Positions 53,437-64,000 of a DNA stretch of 64,000 nt are shown one piece after another (position 1 is the first letter of the stretch; every line of letters begins with the position of its first letter). Origin of the DNA: Octopus vulgaris (lineage: Eukaryota); assembly GCA_951406725.2 (NCBI GenBank), contig OX597821.1, positions 72,664,001-72,728,000 on the forward strand, in the 5' to 3' direction. Position numbers and translations under genes: made by a program. The notes beneath the pieces are model-generated. The model was not told the origin of the DNA. It saw only the letters and a list, made by a program, of their open reading frames with translations, and did not search any database.

Positions 53437-56157
53437 AATTTAAAACCAATGCAAAAAATGGTTGAAAAGCTTTAAGTTTGAAGCTGGAGAAAAACAAATT
53501 ATTTTTAAAATAAACAGTTCAGGTTAGAATAAATCAAGATTTGTTAGCACCAGTACAATTGATCTTTGTTAGCAATGCCCTCGTGGTTTATGACTGATAG
53601 CACCAACGGACCTGTCACCAGACTTTATTAGTACTAAGAGATGTTATGTTTCAAATTTGTTAAGAGCAGCTATATATACTAGCTTGTTAAAAGTTAAATC
53701 TAGAACATTCTAAACAGACTAATATTATTAGTTATGTTTTAACCAAGTTGTAAAGCAATAATAAAACCTAGAAAATGGATGAGTTTTCAAGTGGAAAATA
53801 TAAGCCCCGTTTTTAAACTATATCGCTTATTTCACTTACCTCTACAGACATAGTCCCTTCCAAATTTAAAGAGAATTGTTAAGCGTTTGGGGGATGCCTA
53901 CTTCAAAGAGTAATTTCTCTTTCAAACACAGTACTTCTTCTTCCTTGCTATTCAAAGAATAACAAAGAACATTTGAATAACAAAATAGTTATTCTTCGTT
54001 ATCCAAGCATTAAGATGAACAAGAACGAGTCTTCCTGGCTGATTAGATGTCAACCAATTAACAGAGCAACAGAACACCTATTGATTAACTAAAGTATCGA
54101 CATAAGAAATCAATGTAAATTGAGCTACACTAGAGGACCTCACTAATTAATTAATTAATTTCTTGGGGACTCACCAATGAAATAACGATTTCTCAAACTG
54201 TAACAAGATAAAAATATAGTAAACTAAACCGATTCTGATAGAGAACTGGTGTTTATGGATCCAGATGGAAGAAAAAGCAGAGCCGACCCTGGCAAGATTT
54301 ACACTGTAAGGTATTTCTCCATTATCATTGAACTCAATGAAAGCATTATTAGCATGGAGTAAAGGGTGAAACAGGTTTTGATAGCTGACATTTTATGTTT
54401 ATTTCAAGCAGTCAATGACTCAAGCTTTGGTCAGTTCTGGAAGCCTATTAATTATAAGGCTAGTCTTGTGAACAGAAACACTGACAGTTTCTGTTAAATA
54501 TACTAATGTTATTATATGCTCTGCTGATTTGGTGGCCTTACAACAGATTAAGACTAACAGGAGTTATTTAAGTAAAATAACTTGTACCAAAAGGACCAAC
54601 ATACACAGCTAAAGTGATTAAAGCAACAGTAACAACAACTGTCCTTTTTAAAGATCAAAGCATACTGGTTTAATTCACTGGAGCTAGTCAACAGCTGCCA
54701 CTTGACTAAACACTTGTTGAGCGTCCTGACTAATTTGGCAATTCATTTCATATCATAAAACAAGATTTTCTTTTGGCCCATCGAAAAACAGTGCACTGTT
54801 AAAACCCTCTTCAAAACATAACTTGTGTATAGAAGGGATGACTAAAAGTAGGTTTTATTTTCAAAAGAGTCCAGATACTTATAAAATAGAAATAGATAAA
54901 TATTTATAATTCTAGATTTAAATACTTTAGTAACCATTTTATATCCAACTGCAATAAAAATGCTCTGTAAAAGTGCTTCTTTTCACTTACACCTTCTTCA
55001 GAGGAGCAAGTGCCAGCCATAAAAATGTCAGATCCAATCTACCAGAGAAATGCTTTTCTTAAATATGTAGGTTGCTCTGTCTTGGTTGATATGAGGAATT
55101 TTATCTGCTTGGTGACCTTACAGGTTTGAAAGAGATAATTAACTAAGGTGAAATAGCATGGGGTAGGGTGGCAGAAAGCAGCTTCGGACTAATAACAAGA
55201 GATAACTGTTTTTAACCATGGGTGGGACAAGAAGTAGCAATATCACCTTGTGAAATATAGTCGGCAAATCTTTCTTGTAAAGATACTGTATGTATCATCA
55301 TGGTTTTTGTCTCTTTTACCACAGGTTTGGAAGCTGCAAGATAAGTATAGAACTCGGTTAGTGTCTGCAAAGAGATTCACAACTCTTAGAGGAAAAGCCA
55401 TGGTGACAATGGCGTAGAGTTTGGTGTAGATGATGATGATGATGATGGGTACTCATTAAAATAATCAAAGTTAAAATGGAAGAATGAAACAAGAAGAAAT
55501 TCTTTAGTTGGTAACACACCTATGTTCACAATATGGAAATAAAATGAAAACTGCAGTTCAAATTTATTTGTTTTCAAAGAATTCCCCCCCCCATCACTAA
55601 TTTACTCTAATCCAGGTGTAGCACACATTAAAAATTATTCACACACACATAATTTAGTTACAAAAGAAACAAAAGTATAATTACTAATTAAGATGTTATC
55701 ACAGCACAGTTGGATGTGTTCAGAAAGGAAAAAGAAAATCTGAGAATCCAAAACCAAAGAAAGAAATCATAACATGATGTGCTGAGAAAGAATAACATTT
55801 AACTAAGGAATTGCCTTAAGACAGAATCAGATAAAAGCAACAGCCAGAAATGGTAGATTAGCTGAAAATTGGCAACAAGAGACAATCAACTGACTAACAC
55901 CGAAGATCACTAAATGTAGTCAATTGTGCTGTAGTTTGGTACAAACTGTAATTTTGGTTGGTAATTTATAAGGATACAATACTATCAGTATGAAATTCAC
56001 GGTGATTACAAACAGTTACATTTCTAATACTGCAAAGAGAGTTGAGTACAAAACAATTTAGGTAACGAAATGAACAAAAAACTTAAGTAAGCATAAAAAT
56101 AATCTCTCTCTAGTGAGCAGTAAGTTAAATCAGTTTTTAGATAATGCACAGGTATAT

Positions 56158-56341
56158 ATCATCATCATCGTTTAACGTCCACTTTCCATGCTAGCATGGG
56201 TTGGATGGTTTGACTGAGGACTGGTGAGCCAGATGGCTGCACCAGGCTCCAATCTGATCTGGCAGGGGCAGAGTTTCTACAGCTGGATGCCCTTCCTAAC
56301 ACCAAGCACTCCAAGACTGTAGTGGGTGCTTTTACGTACCA
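56158..56341 (-). mobile_element. RTE LINE 3'-tail copy
   Basis: Reverse tail. Confidence 0.8.
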
Positions 56342-57600
56342 CTCAGAACGTAACGACAGATGAAATACCGCTAAGCATTTCACCCACCGTGCTATCTGAT
56401 TCTACCAGCTTGATGCCTTAAGTCTTTTAAAAACCGATGCTTTGATGAGTTTTTATAGTGTTCACTAAGGAGAGAAGTTCAAACCTGAAGAGAACACAAA
56501 CTCAATTAAGATTTGTTAGAAAACTGCTACATGAAGTGAAATACATTGAATTAAGTGTGCTACCCAAATATACAACAAATGTTTGTCTGCAGCAAGGTGA
56601 AAAGAATTCTAGAATTTCAGGCTAAGTTTTGAGAGCAAAAAGCCTTTAAGCTAGTACAATGTCACACCCTTCTTTTAACCATTTCTTCTACTCACTATAG
56701 TTAACTAGGAATATCAGTACAAACTATTGGTTGAATACCAGACACACGAGAGGAAAGTGCATGCTAGTTTGTGAGCTGAAATCTAATTCAATGCCAAGAA
56801 TTACTGGTAAGAGTGATAATGTATAGAATATCTTAATATTTGCACAGATAAAAAGTGGAGGTTATATGATACAAGCAGGTTGGCTGGTGGGCTGGGTCAT
56901 GTCAAGAATGGCAACAATTTCTAGAAAGTGATAACCAGCAATGTCGAAGTTATGAAAAGAAGTAACGCAAAGAGTTAAATGGAAGTAGTTTATATAATAT
57001 ATGTGAATTAAACAGATTGAAGTAATATATAATTCATTGCCTGGGAATTAAAGATGTACGTATCAAGAATTTGCTGACAAGAGAAAAAATACATCGGCAC
57101 TAAGTGTAGATAAGATCTGACTGCACAACTGTTATTTGGTGATAAATAGGAGAGGTGTACGTCTGTGGAAGCTTCAAAATAATATACAAGAGAAAATATA
57201 AACAAAGCACCATGTTAGTGTTGTGGATAATGCAGTAGAGGATGAAGAAGTATAGGTTTCCTGTTGTTCTTTTTCAATCAAACTCGTGTTCCTTCTGATT
57301 AACTTAGCAAAGCTGATGTGGAAGTAGATTAACCGATCATACAACTAAAACAGATAAAAAGCAAACAAAGCTGGGAAGTGTGACACCAGAGAATGAAAAC
57401 GAGGGAGAGACTCTGCAGTATTTACCATATCTTTAGAAAGAATGGTTACAGTGTTCATATTTACACAACAGTGTAAGGCGTCTTACTGCAGAATATTCTT
57501 ATTCACAGCCGTTTCTGTAGGTAGACGGACATTACTACCTTTAATTAACTCAGGATGAAACAATAAACCAAATCCATCCAAGAAAAAGAAAAGATTATGA

Positions 57601-57908
57601 CCTAACTCATCGTAAAGTCAATACCACCATGACTGATATCCAATCTACAGTGGAGAAGGCTAGCCACTGGATTTGGTTAAAAAGAGACGATGAGCGATGG
57701 CTAGAAGTATATTGAGTTCATCATAACTAGCTGATCTAGCAAGCGGGGCCTCATATCAGTGAGGGGGCCGGTGCGCATTGATGCCGTCGAGAGGTAGGCC
57801 CCGAAACGGCGCGCATTCTCTCCTGATGACCCCATACACTTGCTAGCTTCCGATATACGGAGCTTTTAACTGGTAGCACTTGCATGTGCAAGTTGTTTGC
57901 AAGATATC
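57601..57908 (+). repeat. 5' copy of the direct terminal repeat (last ~38 codons plus 3' UTR)
   Basis: Base-by-base comparison with 61337-61645. Confidence 0.97.
57736..57846 (+). ncRNA. Candidate non-circularly permuted hammerhead ribozyme (copy 1)
   Basis: GCCGUC 57783-88, GAGAG 57789-93, AGGCCCC-GAAACGGC 57796-810, CUCUC-CUGAUGA 57818-29. Upstream GGGGCCU 57745-51 is complementary to the strand before GAAA. Confidence 0.62.
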
Positions 57909-57937
57909 TAAGACCTTGTGGTAGGTAACCACTGACA

Positions 57938-58033
57938 AACCGGAAAGACGGTTAGGCATCTTGGAAAGACAAGAGGACTGCTCGGAAAGACCAGCGGACA
58001 ATAGGAAAGACTATCGACACCAGGAAAGACTGG
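57938..58033 (+). other. Array of five RNA hairpins with an invariant GAAAGA loop in the element 5' UTR
   Basis: AACCG/CGGTT, TCTTG/CAAGA, GCTCG/CCAGC, ATAG/CTAT and CCAG/CTGG each flank GAAAGA; period 19-21 nt. Confidence 0.85.
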
Positions 58034-58175
58034 CGGAGGCTACGGACTTACGATCCTCGCCTCTGTATTTTATTGTAACAGACATAACAGGAAAAGACAG
58101 CCCCATGATTGACCGAGAGGGGGAGTCGAGAATCAATCAAACCCAGTCAGCACGGAAACGACCTTTGAAACGAAC

Positions 58176-61100
58176 ATGATTATTCATTCGAACAGCGGAC
58201 GAAATGCAAACAACTTTGGATGCAAGCTGTGCTATAGAACCTTTGCAACTGAGAGAGGCTTGAAGATACATCAGGGAAAGACTTGTGAGAAGAGGACAGA
58301 GCAGTGTGGATCGTCAGATCGTAAAACACGTGGCAAATCATCCCCGGACTCAAACCACAGCGGATCGATAAATGCTACAGCACAGAACTCTTCACGTGAA
58401 GAAACTACAAGTCATGAAACTGGTGCATCGGATAATACTCAGAGGAAACCGAGGGTTTTGTGGCCTGCTGCTAATGAGAAAGTGAAATATAAAGAGTTTG
58501 AAAACAAGGTTTGTCGGACTCTTTATAAAATGACAGGCTCTACAGTGGAAAAACTGGGAAAATTATCAAGCTCAATATACGATGTAGCAAGAGATTTATT
58601 TGGAATAAAAGAGAATATCCGACTAGAGAAAGGAAAGTGTGGACCAAGCAGGAGGATCAGAAAAATGCAGCAGTTGAGGAAGGAAAAGTCCGACTTAAGA
58701 AAGAGATGGAGATGTGCTGCACTAGATGAGAAACCTGGCCTTGCGTTGCTGTATAACGATTTGAAGAGGAAATGTCGTTATGTGCAACGACATATTCGCC
58801 GATATGAGCGTCGAAAAGAAAGTAAAAGGACTCGAGGGCAGTTTCTGAAGGACCCGTACGGGTTTACTAAGAAGCTGTTCACTGAGCCGAAGAGTGGTAC
58901 TTTATCGTGCACTAAAGAAGAATTGGATGCTCATATCAAGGAAACCTACAGCGATCCGCACCATAATCAGCCGCTGCCATCTCTACATGGGCTAAATCAT
59001 CTCTCAGGACCTGATATCGAATTCCAGATTGGGGACATCAGGGAGAGAGAGGTGAATGACTTCGTAAGAAAAGCTAGAGCGAAGAGTGCCCCAGGAGGTG
59101 ATGGCGTCTCATATAAAGTCTACAAATACTGCAATCGTCTGCGAAAGAAGCTCTTCGTCCTAATCCGACAACTGTGGCGCGAGGAGACTATAGTAGAGGA
59201 TTGGTGTAAGGCAGAAGGTATATACCTGCCGAAAGAGGCCAATGCAAAGACCATAAAACAGTTTAGGCCGATATCCTTATTGAATGTGGAAGGCAAGATC
59301 TTTATGGGAATTCTGTCGAGGAGAACAGTGACATATTTACAGAGTAACGGATATGTTGATGAATCTGTTCAAAAGGCCGGAATCCCCGGGATCCCTGGAT
59401 GCGTTGAACACTGTTTTTCGATTTGGAAAGCGATTCAGGATGCCAAACAGAACAAGAAAAGTCTGAACGTGGTATGGCTCGACCTAGCTAACGCGTATGG
59501 TTCAGTGCCACACAAATTACTAATAACAGCCATGGACCACTTCCACATTCCTGACAAAGTGATCAAAATAATGAGGATGTACTATGAAAGTTTCGAAATG
59601 AGGTTTACAACTGGAAGTTTTACAACAAATTGGCACCGATTGGAGGTTGGCATTGCTGCTGGCTGTACAATATCTGTCACGTGGTTTATCTTAGTCATGG
59701 AGTTGATTTTGAAAGGTGTAGATTTTTCGGAACAAATCGCCCATGTACAATCGCCTAAGAAAGCCTTCATGGATGACGTGACACTTCTAGCTACAGATAA
59801 ACAAATCATGCAGAATGCCCTTTTGAGATTAGACGAACGTGTAAGGTGGTCAAGGATGCGATTTAGAGCAAAAAAGTCGCGTAGTCTGACATTTGTTAAG
59901 GGAGTGCAGAAAGAATTTAAATTTCGAATATCGGAAGAAAGCATTCCAACAGTCAAGGAAGAGCCCGTCAAGAGCTTGGGACGAGTATACGCTGGAACAT
60001 TGTCAGATAGAAGTCGTGGGATTGAAATTATGAAACAGGCCGAGGCTGGGTTATCAGCGATTGATGTTTCGAAGTTACCAGGTAAATATAAAATTTGGTG
60101 CTTGCAGTTCGGCCTGTACCCGCGACTTGCGTGGCCACTTTTAATATACGAAGTAGCATTGTCACGAGTTGAAAAGATCGAACAAAAATGTAATGTGTTC
60201 ATTAGAAAGTGGCTAGGTCTACCTCGTATGTTGAACAGCTCAGCTCTTTATCGTAAAAGAGGTTCGTTGCAGTTACCAATAGCATCAATAGTCGAAATAT
60301 ATAAGTTGGGGAAGATACGGACGGTCATGATGCTGAGAGAATCGAAGGATATGGAAATCAGGCGTAACCCACCAGAGGTGAAAACAGCCAGGAAGTGGAA
60401 AGCAGAAGCAGAAACTGACAACATCTTGTCTTCTCTTACACACAGAGATATGGTGGGAGCAACGCAGAACCATCGGAAAGGATTTGGTTTTGGCGCGGAT
60501 CAGTTCAGACCGTTTGCAAGCATGATGCCGTGTGAACGCAGATCTGTTGTTAGCAACAGCGTCAAAACAAGAGAAGCAGAGAGAAGAGAGCTTCATTTGA
60601 TCCGATGTGTTCATCAAGGTCAGATGACGAGATGGGAAGAACATGTTGTTGAGAGGAAGATAAGTTGGGATGAGATGTGGAAGTGGACAACATCTCGGCT
60701 GAGTTTCCTGATTCGTTCATCTTATGATGTTTTGCCATCACCTACGAATCTAGTAAGATGGAACGTCTTAGAGAATGACGTCTGCAAATGTGGAAAAGTC
60801 GGTACACTAAAACATATTCTTTCCAACTGTTCGTTAGCATTGAACAGGTACACATGGAGGCACAACTTGGTCCTTAAGGTTATCTTCAATGCTATAAAGA
60901 ATCAAATTCATCTCAACAACACTGAGGAAAAATCGTTAAAAGTACCATCAAGAGAGTTCATTACCTTCGTGCGACCAGGTCAGCAGATCCGTTTCAAGAA
61001 GAAGACCAAGAAACTTCCTGAGAAAAATGAAAAGTGGAACGACTATTGGGAGGTAACTGCAGATTTACCTGGGTGCCAGGTTTTCTTTCCCATCCCAGTT

Positions 61101-61451
61101 TCGAAAAAACCAGATATTTTGATGTGGTGTGAAAGAAAGAAAGTTTTAAATATAGTCGAGCTAACGGTTCCTCACGAAGATAATATGGACGCCGCTCGAG
61201 CTCGAAAATTAAACTGTTATGAAAACCTCCTCGAGGAATATGAAGACGCAGGCTGGAAAGCGGAACATTTTCCTATCGAAGTCGGATGTAGAGGGTTTGT
61301 AGGACACAGCGTGAGACGACTGTTGTTATCGTTAGGCCTAACTCATCGTAAAGTCAATACCACCATGACTGATATCCAATCTACAGTGGAGAAGGCTAGC
61401 CACTGGATTTGGTTAAAAAGAGACGATGAGCGATGGCTAGAAGTATATTGA
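58176..61451 (+). CDS. Non-LTR retrotransposon protein: N-terminal zinc finger, reverse transcriptase, CCHC knuckle, restriction-like endonuclease (HERO-like)
   Basis: CKLC..GLKIHQGKTC; KSAPGGDG, FRPISLLN, WLDLANAYGSVPH, GIAAGCTIS, AFMDD (FMDD at 59766-59777); CKC..HILSNC..RYTWRHN; KPDIL..VELTVP; PIEVGCRGF. Confidence 0.95.
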   Translation: MIIHSNSGRNANNFGCKLCYRTFATERGLKIHQGKTCEKRTEQCGSSDRKTRGKSSPDSNHSGSINATAQNSSREETTSHETGASDNTQRKPRVLWPAANEKVKYKEFENKVCRTLYKMTGSTVEKLGKLSSSIYDVARDLFGIKENIRLEKGKCGPSRRIRKMQQLRKEKSDLRKRWRCAALDEKPGLALLYNDLKRKCRYVQRHIRRYERRKESKRTRGQFLKDPYGFTKKLFTEPKSGTLSCTKEELDAHIKETYSDPHHNQPLPSLHGLNHLSGPDIEFQIGDIREREVNDFVRKARAKSAPGGDGVSYKVYKYCNRLRKKLFVLIRQLWREETIVEDWCKAEGIYLPKEANAKTIKQFRPISLLNVEGKIFMGILSRRTVTYLQSNGYVDESVQKAGIPGIPGCVEHCFSIWKAIQDAKQNKKSLNVVWLDLANAYGSVPHKLLITAMDHFHIPDKVIKIMRMYYESFEMRFTTGSFTTNWHRLEVGIAAGCTISVTWFILVMELILKGVDFSEQIAHVQSPKKAFMDDVTLLATDKQIMQNALLRLDERVRWSRMRFRAKKSRSLTFVKGVQKEFKFRISEESIPTVKEEPVKSLGRVYAGTLSDRSRGIEIMKQAEAGLSAIDVSKLPGKYKIWCLQFGLYPRLAWPLLIYEVALSRVEKIEQKCNVFIRKWLGLPRMLNSSALYRKRGSLQLPIASIVEIYKLGKIRTVMMLRESKDMEIRRNPPEVKTARKWKAEAETDNILSSLTHRDMVGATQNHRKGFGFGADQFRPFASMMPCERRSVVSNSVKTREAERRELHLIRCVHQGQMTRWEEHVVERKISWDEMWKWTTSRLSFLIRSSYDVLPSPTNLVRWNVLENDVCKCGKVGTLKHILSNCSLALNRYTWRHNLVLKVIFNAIKNQIHLNNTEEKSLKVPSREFITFVRPGQQIRFKKKTKKLPEKNEKWNDYWEVTADLPGCQVFFPIPVSKKPDILMWCERKKVLNIVELTVPHEDNMDAARARKLNCYENLLEEYEDAGWKAEHFPIEVGCRGFVGHSVRRLLLSLGLTHRKVNTTMTDIQSTVEKASHWIWLKRDDERWLEVY

Positions 61452-61645
61452 GTTCATCATAACCAGCTGATCTAGCAAGCGGGGCCTCATATCAGTGAGG
61501 GGGGCCGGTGCGCATTGATGCCGTCGAGAGGTAGGCCCCGAAACGGCGCGCATTCTCTCCTGATGACCCCATACACTTGCTAGCTTCCGATATACGGAGC
61601 TTTTAACTGGTAGCACTTGCATGTGCAAGTTGTTTGCAAGATATC
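61337..61645 (+). repeat. 3' copy of the direct terminal repeat
   Basis: Matches 57601-57908. Confidence 0.97.
61472..61583 (+). ncRNA. Candidate non-circularly permuted hammerhead ribozyme (copy 2, 3' UTR)
   Basis: GCCGUC 61520-25, GAGAG 61526-30, GAAACGGC 61540-47, CUCUC-CUGAUGA 61555-66. Confidence 0.62.
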
Positions 61646-62725
61646 AGGAAATTAAACTGACCAACGCTAAAGTTTACACAATGTAGACATAAATGAACTG
61701 TAAAGATGTGGTAAATAGTCTAGTTAATTATAATCATAACAACAATTAATCTTGAACATTTAATTACATTAGCAGTTTCACAAACTATGCTATACAATCG
61801 AAGGAGAGATTGCAAGTGCTAGAAATTGGAACATCTTTAATTTATTCTGTTACAAAAGACTAATTCAATAAAGAATAAAGAAATATTTCAAAAAGGGATC
61901 CACAAAAGGAGTACCGTTTCCCCCACATCTTCTGGAATGGTGCAGTTACCAAACCCACCGACCCCTAGACTGTACCCAAAGAAAAGTCAGGCAACTGATT
62001 GGCATAAACTCACTCACACCAAATATATTCCAGCCTCTATCCTACAAGACCTGCTGTCACCCTTCTACTTTTCCTATGGCTACTAAAATGGTCTCAGTTC
62101 CCTGCAGTTGGCCAGTCTTAAACCATTGCCAGTCAGGCACTCCAAGCCCACACATTTCTCATTTTCTAATCATCCATATTGTGTCCACTTAACCAAGTCC
62201 CATCCTAAACAGTATGCCTGGTTCAATATCTCAGGTGTTGGTCATCTGGAATCATTTGTGTATTTTTCCTGTATCTCAGTTATGTTAATGGCATCAGGTG
62301 GTCTTAGAGGGCCTGCAGAAACCATGAGCAAACCCTACCCCCTCAAAACAAAAGTTTGATAATGGGGGCCAGTACCAAATCCTAGGGAACACCAAAGTTG
62401 AAAGGATGTGGGTCAGAGAGAGCTCCAGTAATCTGATAGGAATCTACCAATCAAAGAGATGAGATATAGATGAAGAGAACTGGCAGATAGTTTTAATGGA
62501 ATAGGTACATGCCAGGTAGAGTCTTGTTGATGTTGAGAGCAATGTCATTGCTTCCACCAACTTTCTCTCTTCTACTGAATGACATGAGACTAGGTTTCAA
62601 GTAGATTTAGCTTTACAAAAGATGTACAGCCAGTAGTCATTAAGGAAAGAGAGAGAGATTCAAAGTGTTGGAAAATGTCATCATCATCGTTCGACTGTGG
62701 TCGAGACAATGGAATTTACTATGCT

Positions 62726-63084
62726 TGGTTCCAGGTTCAATCCCACTGCATGGCACCTTGGGCAAGTGCCTTCTACTATAGCGTTGGGCCGACCAAAGCC
62801 TTGTGAGTGGATTTGGTAGAGGGAAACTGAAAGAAGCCTATTGTATATATATATACATACATTATATATATATATATATACATTATATATATATATTAAA
62901 TATAAATATATATATATATATATATATTTAAATATAAATATATATATATATATAAATTAAATATAAATATATATTCCAGGTTCAATCCCACTGCATGGCA
63001 CCTTGGGCAAGTGCCTTCTACTATAGCGTTGGGCCGACCAAAGCCTTGTGAGTGGATTTGGTAGAGGGAAACTGAAAGAAGCCT

Positions 63085-63166
<82 letters not shown>

Positions 63167-63447
63167 TAAATTAAATATAAATATATATATATATATATAT
63201 ATAAATTAAATATAAATATATATGTATGTATTTGTATGCATGTGTGTGTATGTGTGTCTGTATTTGACCCCCACCATTGCTCGACATCAATGTTGGTGTA
63301 TTTATGTCCTTGTAACTTAGCAGTTCTGCAAAAGCGACTGATAGCATAAGTACTAGACTTACAAAGAATAAGTCCTGGGGTCTATTTGTTCGACTAAAAG
63401 TGGTGCTCCAGCATGGCCACAGTCAAATGACTGAAACAAGTAAAAGA
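62726..63447 (+). mobile_element. SINE family A with a tandem duplication of its head and (AT)n
   Basis: TTCCAGGTTCAATCCCACTGC..GAAGCCTATTGT is identical at 62729 and 62974. Confidence 0.85.
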
Positions 63448-63794
63448 ACGAAAGACTAGGCTGAGTAAGCAAGCTGGATGTTAAAAAGTATAAACATGAA
63501 TGAACAAGGACTGTTTGGTATAAGCCAAACAGTAGAGGACACCTGCCGACAGGTGAGAAAGCCATGAAAAGATATGGTCAGGTGGAGAGTTGAGGATGTT
63601 GAGCCTCTCATACAAGATGACCTGCAACGGATAGCAATGACATGCTATGTGCTGTAGACCCGTCCAACCCAGGCCAGCATGAAAAAAGAAAAAAGAACAT
63701 TAAAACAATGATGTCATGTGTATGCTGGATAGGGAGACATGGGAAAGAAAAGGGACAGAAATTTGAGGTTAGACTAAATTATCATAAAACTTCA

Positions 63795-64000
63795 ACTACC
63801 TATTTCTTTACTACCCACAAGGGGCTAAACACAGAGAGGACAAACAAGGACAGACAAACGGATTAAGTCGATTATATCAACCCTAGTGCATAACTGGTAC
63901 TTATTTAATCAACCCCGAAAGGATGAAAGGCAAAGTCGACCTCGGCGGAATTTGAACTCAGAACGTAACGGCAGACGTAATACCTATTTCCTTACTACTC
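63795..64000 (-). mobile_element. SINE family B
   Basis: CCCCGAAAGGATGAAAGGCAAAGTCGACCTCGGCGGAATTTGAACTC is the reverse core plus B box. Confidence 0.8.

Larger units (their letters stand above)
57601..61645 (+). mobile_element. Intact RLE-type (HERO/NeSL-like) non-LTR retrotransposon with direct terminal repeats
   Basis: Uninterrupted ORF. More GC- and CpG-rich than its flanks. 57601-57908 equals 61337-61645 except one substitution and one G indel. Confidence 0.92.

Noticed and set aside
57938-58033. Mini CRISPR-like repeat-spacer array
   Set aside because: The repeat is only 8 nt and the variable parts are the self-complementary stems.
59582-60644. Antisense ORFs of 206 and 119 aa
   Set aside because: Shadows of the retrotransposon ORF with no recognisable motifs.
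57601-61645. LTR retrotransposon interpretation
   Set aside because: The repeats lack TG..CA ends, PBS and PPT, and include coding sequence. The protein has RLE-type RT and endonuclease motifs, with no gag, protease or integrase.

Overview
Repeat-rich, AT-rich eukaryotic DNA. The repeat families look like those of a coleoid cephalopod, probably Octopus; this is an inference. Most of the window appears to be intron of a minus-strand dystrophin-family gene. Two micro-exons (21371-21311, 61 nt; 3001-2940, 62 nt) splice in frame to give a dystrophin-type WW domain that the ORF track misses. The main feature is an intact 1091-aa RLE-type (HERO/NeSL-like) non-LTR retrotransposon at 57601-61645. It has ~308-bp LTR-like direct terminal repeats, each carrying all hammerhead ribozyme core motifs in a non-circularly permuted order. 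Its 5' UTR holds five covarying hairpins with an invariant GAAAGA loop. Also present: a 5'-truncated RTE LINE with an internal PHD finger and a tandemly expanded 3' UTR plus about 15 dispersed copies of its tail; tRNA-headed elements with Penelope-type minimal hammerheads inserted as inverted pairs; R4/Dong-like fragments in (TAA)n; mariner, hAT and piggyBac-type elements; several SINE families; and microsatellites. Boundaries of degenerate repeats are approximate and read by eye.
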